Assembly: GCA_964516385.1 (NCBI GenBank)
Contig: CAZEYM010000005.1
Location: forward strand, 6,830-70,829
DNA from: an uncultured Thermotogaceae bacterium
GTDB lineage: Bacteria; Bipolaricaulota; Bipolaricaulia; Bipolaricaulales; Bipolaricaulaceae
DNA: 64,000 nt
Direction of reading: 5' to 3'
Position numbers and translations under genes: made by a program. Under the pieces are notes generated by a model. That model worked only from the letters and a program-made list of their open reading frames with translations. It made no database searches and was not told the DNA's origin. How positions within the stretch are numbered: position 1 is the stretch's first letter; each line of letters starts with the position of its first letter. Below, one piece after another: positions 42,943 through 52,858 of the stretch.

Positions 42943-43485
42943 ATGAGGAAAGCGCGCATTCCGGACCTGCTGACTTTCAGTCGGGCCCTCGTTGGGCTCG
43001 CCATTTTGGCGATGATCCCCGTGGGCATAGATGCTCTCTCCTCGGTTCTGTGGCTGTTGCTCCTCGGATGGACCACGGACCTGCTGGATGGCAGGCTGGC
43101 CCGGAGGATGGACCTTGAGCCATCGTGGATCGGAGTTCACGAGTTCGAGTTCGACATGTTCATGGTCTTCTGCTCGGCCGTCTACCTGGTGGCCAGCGGG
43201 GGAGTTCCCACGTCGGCGGGCAGCGTGTACCTGCTGGTGGCAGTGACCCTGGTGGCGTTCTCCTACGGTAGGGCGAACCAGTTTCTCAGGTTCAAGACGC
43301 TGACCATGGGCTTGGCGGTGCCCTGGGTGTTTGGGCCGTTTGTGCTTGCCTATCTGCGGGGAGAGCAACTCGTCGCCTACGTAGGGCTTCTGTGGATGGC
43401 CACGGCCTTGCTCATCGATTGGAGACGATTCACCGGTGTTGTGGAAGATTTCTTGGCCGGGGCGAGGGCTCTCCTGCGCCGCTAG
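42943..43485 (+). CDS. CDP-alcohol phosphatidyltransferase family membrane protein (atypical second motif half)
   Basis: ATG 42943 (MRKARIPDLLTFSR). DLLDGRLAR matches D-x2-DG-x2-AR. The following G-x3-D-x3-D is replaced by GVHEFEFD. 180 aa, polytopic. Confidence 0.65.
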   Translation: MRKARIPDLLTFSRALVGLAILAMIPVGIDALSSVLWLLLLGWTTDLLDGRLARRMDLEPSWIGVHEFEFDMFMVFCSAVYLVASGGVPTSAGSVYLLVAVTLVAFSYGRANQFLRFKTLTMGLAVPWVFGPFVLAYLRGEQLVAYVGLLWMATALLIDWRRFTGVVEDFLAGARALLRR

Positions 43486-44363
43486 ACGGGGGTCGCCAGG
43501 ATAGGTACCGGTACCTCTGCTCGGGCGAGTCTCTCTTCTGCCAGCTTTACGTCACGCCTTATCTGCTCCTTCAACGAATCGGGGTTGGAGAATCGCTCAT
43601 CTCTGCGCAGGTGGGCGAGCAAGTGAACTTCCAGCAACCCTCCGGGTGGGGCGGGGGGAGAGGTGAGCAGGTGGAGCTCGGCGGAGGCAGGTAACTCGGG
43701 GAAGGTAGGGCGCTCCCCGATGTAGAACAAGGCGGGAGCGCTTCCTGCGGGGTAGAACATCCACGCTGCGTAGACTCCGTGAGCCGGCAAGACGAGCTCA
43801 GGCATCGGCTCAATGTTGATCGTGGGATAGCCGAGGCCCCTGGCCAGCCCCACACCTGTGGTCGGAGTTCCCCACAGGGTGGGGGGGCGGCCGAGAAGTG
43901 CGCTGGCCTGGGTTACCTTGCCTGCGCGAACGAGCTCACGTACACGGCGCGCTCGTACCGGGAGGCCGGCGATCTCCAATGCTGGGACCACAAGCACTTC
44001 CACCCCCAGCTCAGGGGCGAGCCTGTGTGCTAGCTCCGGGTCGCCTCCCCGATCGCGGCCGAAGCGATGGTCTGCCCCCATGACCACTGCCCGCGCCTGT
44101 AGCCGCCCGGCGAGCTCACGGCGCAGAAAGTCCTCGGGATCCAAATCGCGAATCTCGTGCCAACCAGTTAATACCACCTCGTCGGCCACGCGCCTCAATA
44201 GTCTTTCCTTGGCTGGGGTGGGCAGAAGGGCTGGAGGAGAGGAGGGGAACGTGTAGACGCTCAGCAAAAGCCTGTGGCGCTCGGCTAGCTCTCTGCCGGC
44301 GGCGAGCAGGGCTTGATGCCCCAGGTGTACACCGTCGAATCTGCCGACCGCAACGACCCGCAA
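43482..44363 (-). CDS. ribF: Bifunctional riboflavin kinase / FAD synthetase
   Basis: GRFDGVHLGHQAL near the N-terminus; kinase part GYPTIN, GVYA and HLL. Probable TTG start at 44363, just after the upstream stop. The long upstream extension of the track ORF overlaps the neighbouring gene. Confidence 0.85.
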   Translation of the reverse strand: MRVVAVGRFDGVHLGHQALLAAGRELAERHRLLLSVYTFPSSPPALLPTPAKERLLRRVADEVVLTGWHEIRDLDPEDFLRRELAGRLQARAVVMGADHRFGRDRGGDPELAHRLAPELGVEVLVVPALEIAGLPVRARRVRELVRAGKVTQASALLGRPPTLWGTPTTGVGLARGLGYPTINIEPMPELVLPAHGVYAAWMFYPAGSAPALFYIGERPTFPELPASAELHLLTSPPAPPGGLLEVHLLAHLRRDERFSNPDSLKEQIRRDVKLAEERLARAEVPVPILATPV

Positions 44364-44365
44364 GC

Positions 44366-45181
44366 TCAGTAAGTGTCTTCGGCGATGAACACCCACCCGC
44401 CCACTCGGTTGGAGGCATAGACGATTGTGTCTCCGTCGGAGGACCAAACGGGGAAGGCGTTTCGCCACCGGTCGTTTGTCAACGGCGTCAATTCGGAGCC
44501 ATCGCGACGGATCACGTAGATGTCCGACTGTCCTTCTTGAAGGGTCTCCAAGGCAATCCAGTCGCCGCTGGGCGCAAAGCGGGGAGTCCAGTACAAGCGC
44601 GCATCCGTCGTGAGTTGCTCCAAGAGGTCGCGCTCTATGTTGAGGATGAACAGGTCCCAGCTTTCTCCCGACAGCCCGACGAACGCCACTTCGCTGCCGT
44701 CGGGGCTGAAATCGGGGGCACTGGCGTGCCAAGGATGCTTGGTGAGCTCGTCCACCTCCCCGCTCTCCAGGTCCAAGAGGTACAGGGTCCAGTATCTGTC
44801 GGGCAGGGAGAGGAAAGCAATTCGCTCTCCGTCGGGGGCCACGGCCGGCTGAGCGAGGGGCAAGGAGGAGAAGTGAAGCTGCTCTCGCTCAGCTTCTTCT
44901 TGCAGGGGGTGGCGCCACAGCGCGTAACCCCCCTCCACTGGGCTGGCGTACACGATCCACTCCCCGGAAGGGTGAAACCTGCCCCAGTCTACACCTTCTG
45001 TGTGGTCCAGGGGTCGTGGGTCGCGGCCTTCGGGCGCGGTGGCCAGGAACAGCATCCCCGAGTGGGTGAACAACAAGAGCGTTCCGTCTGGTGACCAGTC
45101 CAGACAGGTCACTCCCTCATAGCCTCCCCATGCCACTAGCGAGATGGCCAGCAAAAAAGCTAACACCAGCTTCCACACCAT
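44366..45181 (-). CDS. Exported TolB-like beta-propeller protein (PD40/WD40-like repeats)
   Basis: Signal peptide MVWKLVLAFLLAISLVAWG. Six repeats of the SPDG type (WSPDGTLL, FHPSGEWI, VAPDGERI, FSPDGSEV, FAPSGDWI, WSSDGDTI). Confidence 0.8.
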   Translation of the reverse strand: MVWKLVLAFLLAISLVAWGGYEGVTCLDWSPDGTLLLFTHSGMLFLATAPEGRDPRPLDHTEGVDWGRFHPSGEWIVYASPVEGGYALWRHPLQEEAEREQLHFSSLPLAQPAVAPDGERIAFLSLPDRYWTLYLLDLESGEVDELTKHPWHASAPDFSPDGSEVAFVGLSGESWDLFILNIERDLLEQLTTDARLYWTPRFAPSGDWIALETLQEGQSDIYVIRRDGSELTPLTNDRWRNAFPVWSSDGDTIVYASNRVGGWVFIAEDTY

Positions 45182-45261
45182 GACTAAGGATTGTAGGGCT
45201 CTGCGGGGAGGAAGGGCAAGGTGGTGCGGAGGCATTGGGCAGGGCTACAATAGGTGTGAGC

Positions 45262-46263
45262 ATGACCGATCGCACGCTCGGACAGCAATCACAGGATACA
45301 GAGCGCCCTCTGCGGGCTCTCAGGCCGCAGACTCTGGAAGAGTTCGTGGGGCAGGACGGAGTGAAGAGGCGCTTGCGGATCTATATCCAGGCAGCCAAGA
45401 CGCGTGGAGAGCCGTTGGACCACGTGCTCCTTCTCTCCCCCCCTGGGTTGGGGAAGACTACCTTGGCCCACATCGTGGCTCACGCCATGGGGGCGAAAAT
45501 CAAGATCTCGTCGGGACCGGCGATTGAGCGTCCGGGAGACCTGGCGGCGATCCTGACCCGATTGAATGGTGGCGACATTCTGTTCATCGACGAGATCCAC
45601 AGGTTGCGGCGCCCAGTGGAAGAAGTGCTGTACCCGGCAATGGAGGACTACAAGCTGGACATCGTCCTGGGAGAAGGACCACACGCTCGCTCCATCCGCC
45701 TGGATCTGGCGCCGTTCACCTTGGTGGGGGCGACCACCAGGGAGGGACTGCTGACATCCCCCTTGAGGGACCGGTTTGAGGTGACGTTTCGTATGGGCTT
45801 CTACAGCCCGGAAGAGCTGGCGGATATAGTCCGGCGGGGAGCGCAGAGGTTGGGCGTGGAGGCGGCTGAGGAGGGCGCTTGGGAGCTGGCCTCGCGGGCG
45901 AGGGGTACTCCGCGGATCGCTCTCAGGCTGCTCAGGCGCGCCCGGGACGTGGCCCAAGTGGAAGGGGCTGCCCGTGTCGACCGTGATCTGGCGCGGCGAA
46001 CGCTGAACATACTGGGGATCGATGAGCAAGGGTTGGATAGCGCAGACAGGAACCTCCTGCAAGTGCTTGTGGAGAGGTTCGGTGGAGGGCCAGTGGGTCT
46101 GGAGACGTTGGCCGCTGCGCTGGGGGAAGACAAGGACACCCTGGTCGAGGTGTACGAGCCGTACCTCATCTCCCGGGGCTTCATCCGCCGCACCCCACAA
46201 GGTCGTGCAGCCACCGATCGGGCCAGGGAGCATTTGGGGTTGTCTCCACCAGGGCTCCTGTAG
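45262..46263 (+). CDS. ruvB: Holliday junction branch migration helicase RuvB
   Basis: [12 protein letters not shown], Walker [17 protein letters not shown], and [14 protein letters not shown] 45262 is preferred; TTG 45235 is possible. Confidence 0.9.
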   Translation: MTDRTLGQQSQDTERPLRALRPQTLEEFVGQDGVKRRLRIYIQAAKTRGEPLDHVLLLSPPGLGKTTLAHIVAHAMGAKIKISSGPAIERPGDLAAILTRLNGGDILFIDEIHRLRRPVEEVLYPAMEDYKLDIVLGEGPHARSIRLDLAPFTLVGATTREGLLTSPLRDRFEVTFRMGFYSPEELADIVRRGAQRLGVEAAEEGAWELASRARGTPRIALRLLRRARDVAQVEGAARVDRDLARRTLNILGIDEQGLDSADRNLLQVLVERFGGGPVGLETLAAALGEDKDTLVEVYEPYLISRGFIRRTPQGRAATDRAREHLGLSPPGLL

Positions 46264-46390
46264 GCAAGTCCTCGGGACACACTGGAGCCCGTCGCCGGCA
46301 GCCTGCGTCGAGCGGTAGAGCCCCCTGTGAGCTGATATATCGGCGGGCTGTAGTTGTGCGCGGGGCAGGGCTCAAGTAGGATTCGCTGCT

Positions 46391-47047
46391 GTGTGGGTTT
46401 TGGGGATAGAGACGGCAGGCGAGCGGGGAGGGGTTGCGGTTTTAGGCGACGGCGGGCAAGGTTATGAGCTCACGTTCGAAGCCGGCCGCGTACACGCCGA
46501 AGTGGTGGGCGCGGCTACCGACGCTGTGACGCGCACGGCAGGGATTGAGCGTGGTGATATCAGTCTGCTAGCGGTGGATGTCGGTCCGGGATCGTTCACC
46601 GGGATTCGCATAGGGATGGCCTTTGCTTGTGGGCTAGCGCAATCGCTGGACCTCCCCACTGTGGGGGTCAGGCAGAGCGAGGTTGTGGGACTGTCGGCGG
46701 TGAAGTATTGGCCTGGGCGCGTAGTGGTGTGGATACACGACCGCGGGGACCACGTCTACTCAGCGTGGGTAAGCGACGACAGGGTAGGACAGGACACGGC
46801 TTTGCCCCTGCAGCGGGCGTTGGAACGTGTTCGCGGACGGGACCAGCTGTTGGTGGTAGGTAGCGGAGCCTGGAGGTTCCGAGAGCGGATAGCCCCGCTT
46901 GCGCCCGACGTACTGGTGGGGCTGGGATGTGTACACGCCGAGCCATTGGAGGTGGCCCGTAGGGGGTTGGAGTTGTCCCAAATGGGGCGCGCAGTGTCCC
47001 CCGGGGAGCTCGAACCCCACTACGTCCATCCTCCGGCAGCGCGGTGA
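46391..47047 (+). CDS. tsaB: tRNA threonylcarbamoyladenosine biosynthesis protein TsaB
   Basis: VLGIETAG and [11 protein letters not shown] motifs. GTG start. Confidence 0.85.
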   Translation: MWVLGIETAGERGGVAVLGDGGQGYELTFEAGRVHAEVVGAATDAVTRTAGIERGDISLLAVDVGPGSFTGIRIGMAFACGLAQSLDLPTVGVRQSEVVGLSAVKYWPGRVVVWIHDRGDHVYSAWVSDDRVGQDTALPLQRALERVRGRDQLLVVGSGAWRFRERIAPLAPDVLVGLGCVHAEPLEVARRGLELSQMGRAVSPGELEPHYVHPPAAR

Positions 47048-47070
47048 AGAGCGATAGGGGAGGAGTACTG

Positions 47071-47259
47071 ATGGCTAGAGTTTGCAGCATATGTGGTCGC
47101 GGCCCAGACTACGGGAATGCGGTGAGCCACTCCAACCGGCACACGAAGAAGGTGCGCTTGCCCAACCTACAGCGGGTGCGGGCCGTTCACGAAGGTCGGT
47201 GCAGGCGGATCCGCGTGTGCACACGGTGTCTTCGCGCGGGCAAGGTGCAGAAGGCCTGA
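47071..47259 (+). CDS. rpmB: 50S ribosomal protein L28
   Basis: [38 protein letters not shown] upstream of ATG 47071. Confidence 0.9.
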   Translation: MARVCSICGRGPDYGNAVSHSNRHTKKVRLPNLQRVRAVHEGRCRRIRVCTRCLRAGKVQKA

Positions 47260-47268
47260 ACTGAGACG

Positions 47269-47826
47269 TCACGACTCAACGACGGCTTTCCCCGCCTCAG
47301 AGTAGCCCAGCTCCAGAGCCTTGCGGTTGCCGTTTACCAAGGTCTCCCGGCCTCGCTCCTTCATTTCGTGCTCCATGGCCTCGACTGCGGCTTGCAGAGG
47401 AACTGAATCGAGAACCCGGAGAAGTGCGCCGAGGGCGACCATATTCGCCGCACGGGGCATGTCCAGGCTCACGGCCAGCTCAGTCACTGGAACCGGGATT
47501 GCGGTGAGGTCCGACCGCTTCACTGCGCGGTTGACGAGGGAGCTGTTGATCACTACACGCCCACCCTCGGCGAGCTGAGGCTCGAACCGATCCAGAGAAG
47601 GTTCGTTCATGGCCACCAGCGCCCACGGGGCGTCGACGATGGGAGCGCCGATCGGTTTGTCTGACAGGACTACGGTGCAGTTGGCAGTACCGCCACGCAT
47701 CTCGGGGCCGTAAGAGGGGAGCCAGGTCACCTCCAGACCCTCTTGCATACCTGCGCGGGCCAGCACTTTGCCTGACAGCAGGATCCCCTGCCCTCCGAAC
47801 CCTGCGAACACTACTCCCTGTTCCAT
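47269..47826 (-). CDS. 2-oxoacid:ferredoxin oxidoreductase, gamma subunit
   Basis: [18 protein letters not shown]-terminus typical of the POR/KOR gamma domain. Last gene of the delta-alpha-beta-gamma cluster. Confidence 0.85.
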   Translation of the reverse strand: MEQGVVFAGFGGQGILLSGKVLARAGMQEGLEVTWLPSYGPEMRGGTANCTVVLSDKPIGAPIVDAPWALVAMNEPSLDRFEPQLAEGGRVVINSSLVNRAVKRSDLTAIPVPVTELAVSLDMPRAANMVALGALLRVLDSVPLQAAVEAMEHEMKERGRETLVNGNRKALELGYSEAGKAVVES

Positions 47827-47829
47827 AGC

Positions 47830-48600
47830 TCAGTCCCTCACTTTTAGGTCCCCAAGGGGGAAAGCGGGTAGTGCGCGTTCCACCAGCCATTGATTGGCTT
47901 GCTGGGGGCTCATCTTGAAGTTTGTGGGACAGGCGGCGAGGAGCTCCACCAATGAGAACCCCTTGCCTTCCACTTGATTGCAAAGAGCGGTGAGCAAGGC
48001 TTTGCGCGCTTTTGCTATGTGGGGGGCATCGTGCAGGGCCTGGCGTGTGATGTAGGTCGGTCCGTCGAGCTGCGCCAGCATCTCGGAGATCTTCAGCGGG
48101 TACCCTGTGCTCATCACGTCTCTCCCCCGGGGGGTGGTCGTGGTGCGTTGGCCGGGCAGCGTGGTGGGGGCCATCTCTCCGCCGGTCATTCCGTAAATCT
48201 GGTTGTTGATGAACACCACCGTGATGTTCTCCCCGCGGTTGGCCGCGTGAACGGTCTCAGCGGTTCCGATGGCCGCGAGGTCGCCATCCCCCTGGTAGGA
48301 GAACACTACTAGGTCTGGGTTGGCTCGCTTCAGCCCCGTGGCAACTGCGCACGCCCGGCCGTGAGCTGCCTGGATGAAGTCACAGCGGTAGAACCTGTAC
48401 AGGAAGACCGCACAACCTACAGGGGCTATCCCCACAGTGCGGTCCTGGATGCCCAGCTCGTCTATCACCTCGGCGACCAGACGGGTGGCGACACCGTGGT
48501 GGCAACCGGGGCAGTACGTCGTGGGCGCGTCGGACAATGAGTCCGGGCGACCGAAAACCTTCGTGTACCCTTCAGGGATTGCGGTTTCAACTGGAGACAT
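47830..48600 (-). CDS. 2-oxoacid:ferredoxin oxidoreductase, beta (TPP-binding) subunit
   Basis: CPGCHHG and the TPP motif YQGDGDLAAIG...NNQIYGMTGGE. Confidence 0.85.
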   Translation of the reverse strand: MSPVETAIPEGYTKVFGRPDSLSDAPTTYCPGCHHGVATRLVAEVIDELGIQDRTVGIAPVGCAVFLYRFYRCDFIQAAHGRACAVATGLKRANPDLVVFSYQGDGDLAAIGTAETVHAANRGENITVVFINNQIYGMTGGEMAPTTLPGQRTTTTPRGRDVMSTGYPLKISEMLAQLDGPTYITRQALHDAPHIAKARKALLTALCNQVEGKGFSLVELLAACPTNFKMSPQQANQWLVERALPAFPLGDLKVRD

Positions 48601-49642
48601 AACGCCTCACCTCGCTAAGGATCTGCCGGGGTGTGGGTACCACGCCGCCCAATTCGCCGTAGAAAGGGGTTTCGGCACGCTGCCCTACGGCAAGCCTGAC
48701 ATCCTCCCACATCTGGCCGGCACTCAGTTCCACTGTAAGCACCGTAGGTATGTGCTCGGCCTTCTCTTGGATCGCCTGGTAGGGGAAGGGCCACAGGGAG
48801 ATGGGCCGGACGAGTCCTGCGCGGATGCCCTGCTCACGGGCCAAACGCACGACCGTCTTGGCGATTCTCCCCATCGTCCCGTAGGCGACAAGCAGGATCT
48901 CAGCGTCCTCTGTGCTCACTTCTTCCCAGCGGGTCTCGCTCTGTTCGATCTGCCTGTAGGTATCCTGGAGCGTGCGGTTCATCGCCCTCAGGCCCTGGGG
49001 GTCGAGGTCGAAGCTGAGCACGACGTTGGGGTCGCGTCCTTTGGCCCCGGTGAGCGCCCACGGCCTAGCTGGGACGTCCGCGGGGTCGACTGGAGCGGGA
49101 AGCTCCACCGGCTCCATCATCTGCCCCAGCATCCCGTCGGCGATGAGCATTGCCGGCACGCGATAGCGGTCCGACAGGGCGAAGGCGAGCTTCACGTGCT
49201 GTGCCGCCTCTGGGACTGTGGATGGGGCGAGCACTATCAGGCGGTAGTCGCCATGGCCGCCTCCTTTGGTGGCCTGGAAGTAGTCGCCCTGTGCGGGAGC
49301 AATGTTCCCCAGCCCCGGTCCGCCGCGCATCATGTTCACGATCACCCCGGGCAGGCGTGCCCCTGCCATGTAGGAGATTCCCTCCATCTTCAGGCTGATT
49401 CCAGGTGAAGACGAGGACGTCATTGTGCGCACGCCTGCGGCAGCTGCCCCATAGACCATGTTGATGGCCGAGATCTCCGATTCGGCCTGTAGGAACACCC
49501 CTCCACGCCCTGGCAGTTCGCGGGCCATGTACTCCACCAACTCCCCCTGCGGCGTGATGGGGTAGCAGAAGTAGCAGCGGCACCCAGCCCTGATTCCAGC
49601 TTCGGCGATGGCCTCGTTGCCGCGCATCAGACGGCGGCTCAT
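48587..49642 (-). CDS. 2-oxoacid:ferredoxin oxidoreductase, alpha subunit
   Basis: MRGNEAIAEAGIRAGCRCYFCYPITPQ is the characteristic alpha N-terminus. 351 aa. Confidence 0.85.
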   Translation of the reverse strand: MSRRLMRGNEAIAEAGIRAGCRCYFCYPITPQGELVEYMARELPGRGGVFLQAESEISAINMVYGAAAAGVRTMTSSSSPGISLKMEGISYMAGARLPGVIVNMMRGGPGLGNIAPAQGDYFQATKGGGHGDYRLIVLAPSTVPEAAQHVKLAFALSDRYRVPAMLIADGMLGQMMEPVELPAPVDPADVPARPWALTGAKGRDPNVVLSFDLDPQGLRAMNRTLQDTYRQIEQSETRWEEVSTEDAEILLVAYGTMGRIAKTVVRLAREQGIRAGLVRPISLWPFPYQAIQEKAEHIPTVLTVELSAGQMWEDVRLAVGQRAETPFYGELGGVVPTPRQILSEVRRYVSS

Positions 49643-49890
49643 GCCGCCCCCTTGCTCTCAGCTTTGTCGTGACGGTAGACTTCGATGGCTACGTCGGGAC
49701 ACAGCTGAGCGCATATCGTGCACCCAGTGCACTTCTCCGGATGAAGCGCAACTGCGACGTTGTACCCTGAGCTGTTGTGTTCGTTGGAGAAGCCGAGGAC
49801 TCCGAAGGGGCAGGCGGCCACACACATCCCGCATCCCTTGCACCTCTCCTTGTCGATAACCGTGATTCCTTTGGCCATGCTCCTCCTCAC
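49639..49890 (-). CDS. 2-oxoacid:ferredoxin oxidoreductase, delta (2x[4Fe-4S] ferredoxin) subunit
   Basis: CKGCGMCVAACP and CTGCTICAQLCP motifs. Overlaps the alpha-subunit start (ATGA). Confidence 0.85.
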   Translation of the reverse strand: MRRSMAKGITVIDKERCKGCGMCVAACPFGVLGFSNEHNSSGYNVAVALHPEKCTGCTICAQLCPDVAIEVYRHDKAESKGAA

Positions 49891-49893
49891 TCG

Positions 49894-50334
49894 CTACTCG
49901 CTCCGGATGCGCTCGGTCAGGCGGTTGGCCCTGCGTTTTTCTAAGTGGACCAAAGTGTGACGTGCCTGGTCCAGCCAGCGGCGCAAACGCCACTCGATTC
50001 TGTCTTCTGTCTGCTTCCCTTGGGCCGCTGGCAGCGATCGCTCGGCCAACGCGGAGCGCATCTGGACTACCTCGTCGTGAAACTGGGCCATCTGCTTGTC
50101 CTCCGAGCTCAGCCGCCTGAGCGAAAGCGTGGGGCGACCGCTTCTGTCCAACCCTACGACTTTCACCAGTACCTCCCGCCCCACGCAGACAGTGGGGCCG
50201 CTGGCCTCGCCGGCGTGCTCCATCTCCGACACGTGGAGGAAGCCGCTGCTTCCATCGGGAAGGGTGATGGTGGCCCCGGTCTCGCTGATGTCCACCACTA
50301 AGCCACCGACTATATCTCCGATTTTCGGCGTCAT
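49894..50334 (-). CDS. S1 RNA-binding domain protein
   Basis: S1 fold IGDIVGGLVVDISETGATITLPDGSSGFLHVSEM...REVLVKVVGLD. ATG 50334 is preferred because AGGAGG lies 5 nt upstream. Upstream in-frame alternatives are ATG 50394 and 50442. Confidence 0.75.
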   Translation of the reverse strand: MTPKIGDIVGGLVVDISETGATITLPDGSSGFLHVSEMEHAGEASGPTVCVGREVLVKVVGLDRSGRPTLSLRRLSSEDKQMAQFHDEVVQMRSALAERSLPAAQGKQTEDRIEWRLRRWLDQARHTLVHLEKRRANRLTERIRSE

Positions 50335-50599
50335 CCCCACCTCCTGGGCGTAACGCAGGTCCGACGACCGCGCAGTTTCCTCGAGCTCAGTCATCGTTGG
50401 CAATTGTAGTCTCCTGGATGACAACCTCAAACGGCTTTTCAAGGAGATCCGCTCCAGGACAGCTCAACCTGAGGACGGAGTGGAGCCGAGGATGTAGGGA
50501 CGTCTCGATCGGGTGTGGAGCTGAGGGCGGCCGTACGCCTGGCTCAAGAGTTGGGGGGCGCATGTACTGTTGGGGTAAGCTTTTCAGGATTTTCTCCTC

Positions 50600-50628
50600 T
50601 TGACGCTGGGGGCGCGGCCTGCTAAACT
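50600..50628 (+). promoter_or_regulatory. Putative sigma-A promoter of the peptide/nickel-type ABC operon
   Basis: TTGACG (50600..50605), 17-nt spacer, TAAACT (50623..50628). AGGAGG at 50651..50656 is followed by ATG 50668. Confidence 0.5.
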
Positions 50629-50667
50629 GAGTGCACTTCGGAACCCTTTCAGGAGGTGGTTCGCAGT

Positions 50668-52827
50668 ATGATGGCAAAGTGCAGTTGGCCGAAGTGGATA
50701 GGGGTCCTCCTTGTTGCCCTGATGGCCGTGCCGCTCGCCGCGGTGGGCCGGACGGGTGCCTGGGTGGACGAGGTGATCATTGTGGAGGAGCCCAGCTCGG
50801 GCGCGGCGGTTAGGCAGCTGGAGGTCGGCGACTTGGATGTGTTCGCCTTCTCCATCAGCGACCCGGAGCTGTTCGATCGGGCCGTGGCGCACCCGGAGAT
50901 CAGGATATTCACTTCGTTTGGGTCCTACAACGAGCTGACGCTCAACACGTGGGGTCCGACGTTCGAGGACGGGAGGCTGAACCCGTTCCACTCCCCCCGG
51001 ATCCGCCAGGCGATGAACTGGTTGGTCGATCGCGATTACATTGCCGGGGATATCATGGGCGGCTTGGCGATTCCGCGATACTTGCCGATCACCGGGGCGT
51101 TCCCGGACTACCAGCGGCACATCGACGTGGTGGAGGAGATCGAGGACGAGTACGCCCACGATCCGGCTCGGGCTGAAGCCATCATCACCGAGGAGATGGA
51201 GGCGCTCGGCGCGGTCAAGATCGATGGTGTGTGGCACTACGAGGGCCAGCCGGTGCTCGTCAAGGTGCTCATCAGGACCGAGGACGAGCGGAAGAATATC
51301 GGCGACTACGTATCTGACCTGCTCGAGGGCCTAGGGTTCGAGGTGGAGCGCCTGTACCGCACGATGGCCGAGGCCGGGCCGATGTGGTACTCGGCACACC
51401 CGCGCGACGGCCAGATGAGCATTTACACCGGCGGGTGGGTGACCACGGTCATCGCCCGCGACCAGGCCAGCAACTTCGCCTTCTTCTTCACCGACATGGG
51501 GCTCCCCAGCCCGCTATGGCAGACGCTGGAGAACGATCCTGAGTTCTACGAGGTCTGCGACAGGTTGTACCGCCTAGACTTCCGCTCGATGGCAGAGCGG
51601 GCCGAGCTCATGGAGCGGGCGATGTGGCTGTCCATGGAGGACGCGCACCGCGTCTGGCTCGTCGACCGCACCGGCTTCTCCCCCTACAGGTACGACGTGG
51701 GGCTGGCTGCCGACCTGGCCGGCGGGATCTACGGCGCCTGGATGTGGGCGTCCACCATTCACTTCCACGACGAGGGCGAGCCGCGGCCAGGCGGGTCGAT
51801 GACCATCGCCATGCCGCAGGTGCTCGTGGAGCCGTGGAACCCGATCGCCGGCTCCAACACCGTGTACGACATGATGCCGATCCGCGCGACGGCGAACATG
51901 GGCTACGCCTGGGATCCGACCGACGGGCTTCACTGGCCGTGGCGGTTCGAGCGGGCCGAGGTTTACGTCGAAGAGGGGCTCCCTGTAGCCAAGACGCTCG
52001 ACTGGGTGGACCTCAACTTCGTCGAGGAGAACGTCGTCCCGGACGACGCCTGGGCCGACTGGGACGCGGCCGAGCAGCGGTTCATCACCGCGGCAGAGCG
52101 CGCGACCAACGACCCGGACTACGAGCAGACTGCGGTGCGGAAGACGGTCGTCTACTACCCAGATGACCTGTACGACGTGCCCCTGCACGACGGGAGCACA
52201 ATCTCCATCGCCGACTTCGTCATGGGCATGATCCTCACCTTCGACCGGGCCAAGGAAGAGAGCCCGATCTACGATGAGGCCGACGTACCGAGCTTCAACA
52301 GCTTCATGCGGTCCTTCAAGGGTGTGAGGATCATCTCTGAGGATCCGCTCGTCATCGAGCACTACACCGACAGCTGGTACATGGACGCCGAGTGGTACGT
52401 GGGCAGCTGGTTCCCGTACTACGCTCAGGGGCCGGGTTTCTGGCACACGCTGACATTGGGCATCATGGCCGAGGAGCAGAACGAGCTCGCCTTCTCCTCG
52501 TCCAAGGCGGACACGATGGGCGTGGACTGGATGAGCTACATTGCCGGTCCATCCATGCCAGTACTGCACGACAACCTGCTGGAGGCCCTGGCGAACAACT
52601 ACGTCCCGTACGAGCCCACGCTGGGCCAGTACGTGACGGGGGCTGAGGCCCTGGCGCGCTGGACGAACCTGGATAGCTGGTACCGCGAGATGGGCCACTT
52701 CTGGGTGGGCAGCGGTCCGTTCTACCTGGACCAGGCCTATCCGATCGAGAAGAACGTTGTCTTGAAGCGGTTCGAGGACTACCCGGACTCGGCCGACAGG
52801 TGGATGCACTTCGTGGTCGAAGACTAG
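50668..52827 (+). CDS. ABC transporter substrate-binding protein, family 5 (peptide/nickel/opine type), unusually large
   Basis: Signal/anchor MMAKCSWPKWIGVLLVALMAV. About 720 aa. Class inferred from size, layout and the DppBCDF-type partners downstream. The track GTG 50656 overlaps the SD, so ATG 50668 is preferred. Confidence 0.8.
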   Translation: MMAKCSWPKWIGVLLVALMAVPLAAVGRTGAWVDEVIIVEEPSSGAAVRQLEVGDLDVFAFSISDPELFDRAVAHPEIRIFTSFGSYNELTLNTWGPTFEDGRLNPFHSPRIRQAMNWLVDRDYIAGDIMGGLAIPRYLPITGAFPDYQRHIDVVEEIEDEYAHDPARAEAIITEEMEALGAVKIDGVWHYEGQPVLVKVLIRTEDERKNIGDYVSDLLEGLGFEVERLYRTMAEAGPMWYSAHPRDGQMSIYTGGWVTTVIARDQASNFAFFFTDMGLPSPLWQTLENDPEFYEVCDRLYRLDFRSMAERAELMERAMWLSMEDAHRVWLVDRTGFSPYRYDVGLAADLAGGIYGAWMWASTIHFHDEGEPRPGGSMTIAMPQVLVEPWNPIAGSNTVYDMMPIRATANMGYAWDPTDGLHWPWRFERAEVYVEEGLPVAKTLDWVDLNFVEENVVPDDAWADWDAAEQRFITAAERATNDPDYEQTAVRKTVVYYPDDLYDVPLHDGSTISIADFVMGMILTFDRAKEESPIYDEADVPSFNSFMRSFKGVRIISEDPLVIEHYTDSWYMDAEWYVGSWFPYYAQGPGFWHTLTLGIMAEEQNELAFSSSKADTMGVDWMSYIAGPSMPVLHDNLLEALANNYVPYEPTLGQYVTGAEALARWTNLDSWYREMGHFWVGSGPFYLDQAYPIEKNVVLKRFEDYPDSADRWMHFVVED

Positions 52828-52858
52828 TCGACCCGGGGTGATAGGCTAGCACGAAGCG

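Noticed and set aside
45289-46233. 314-aa ORF antisense to ruvB
   Set aside because: ruvB on the plus strand has unambiguous Walker and sensor motifs. The antisense translation is low complexity.
46264-46390. Intergenic region after ruvB examined for a tRNA or small RNA, and for a leaderless tsaB promoter (TTGTGC-17-TAGGAT, 8 nt before the GTG)
   Set aside because: No cloverleaf or T-loop (GTTCRA) features are present. The promoter match is weak, and leaderless initiation on GTG is unlikely.
51574-52809. 411-aa ORF antisense to the family-5 substrate-binding protein gene
   Set aside because: Arg/Pro/Gly/His-rich, low-complexity translation typical of shadow ORFs in GC-rich DNA. The sense strand encodes a coherent SBP with a signal peptide and operon context.
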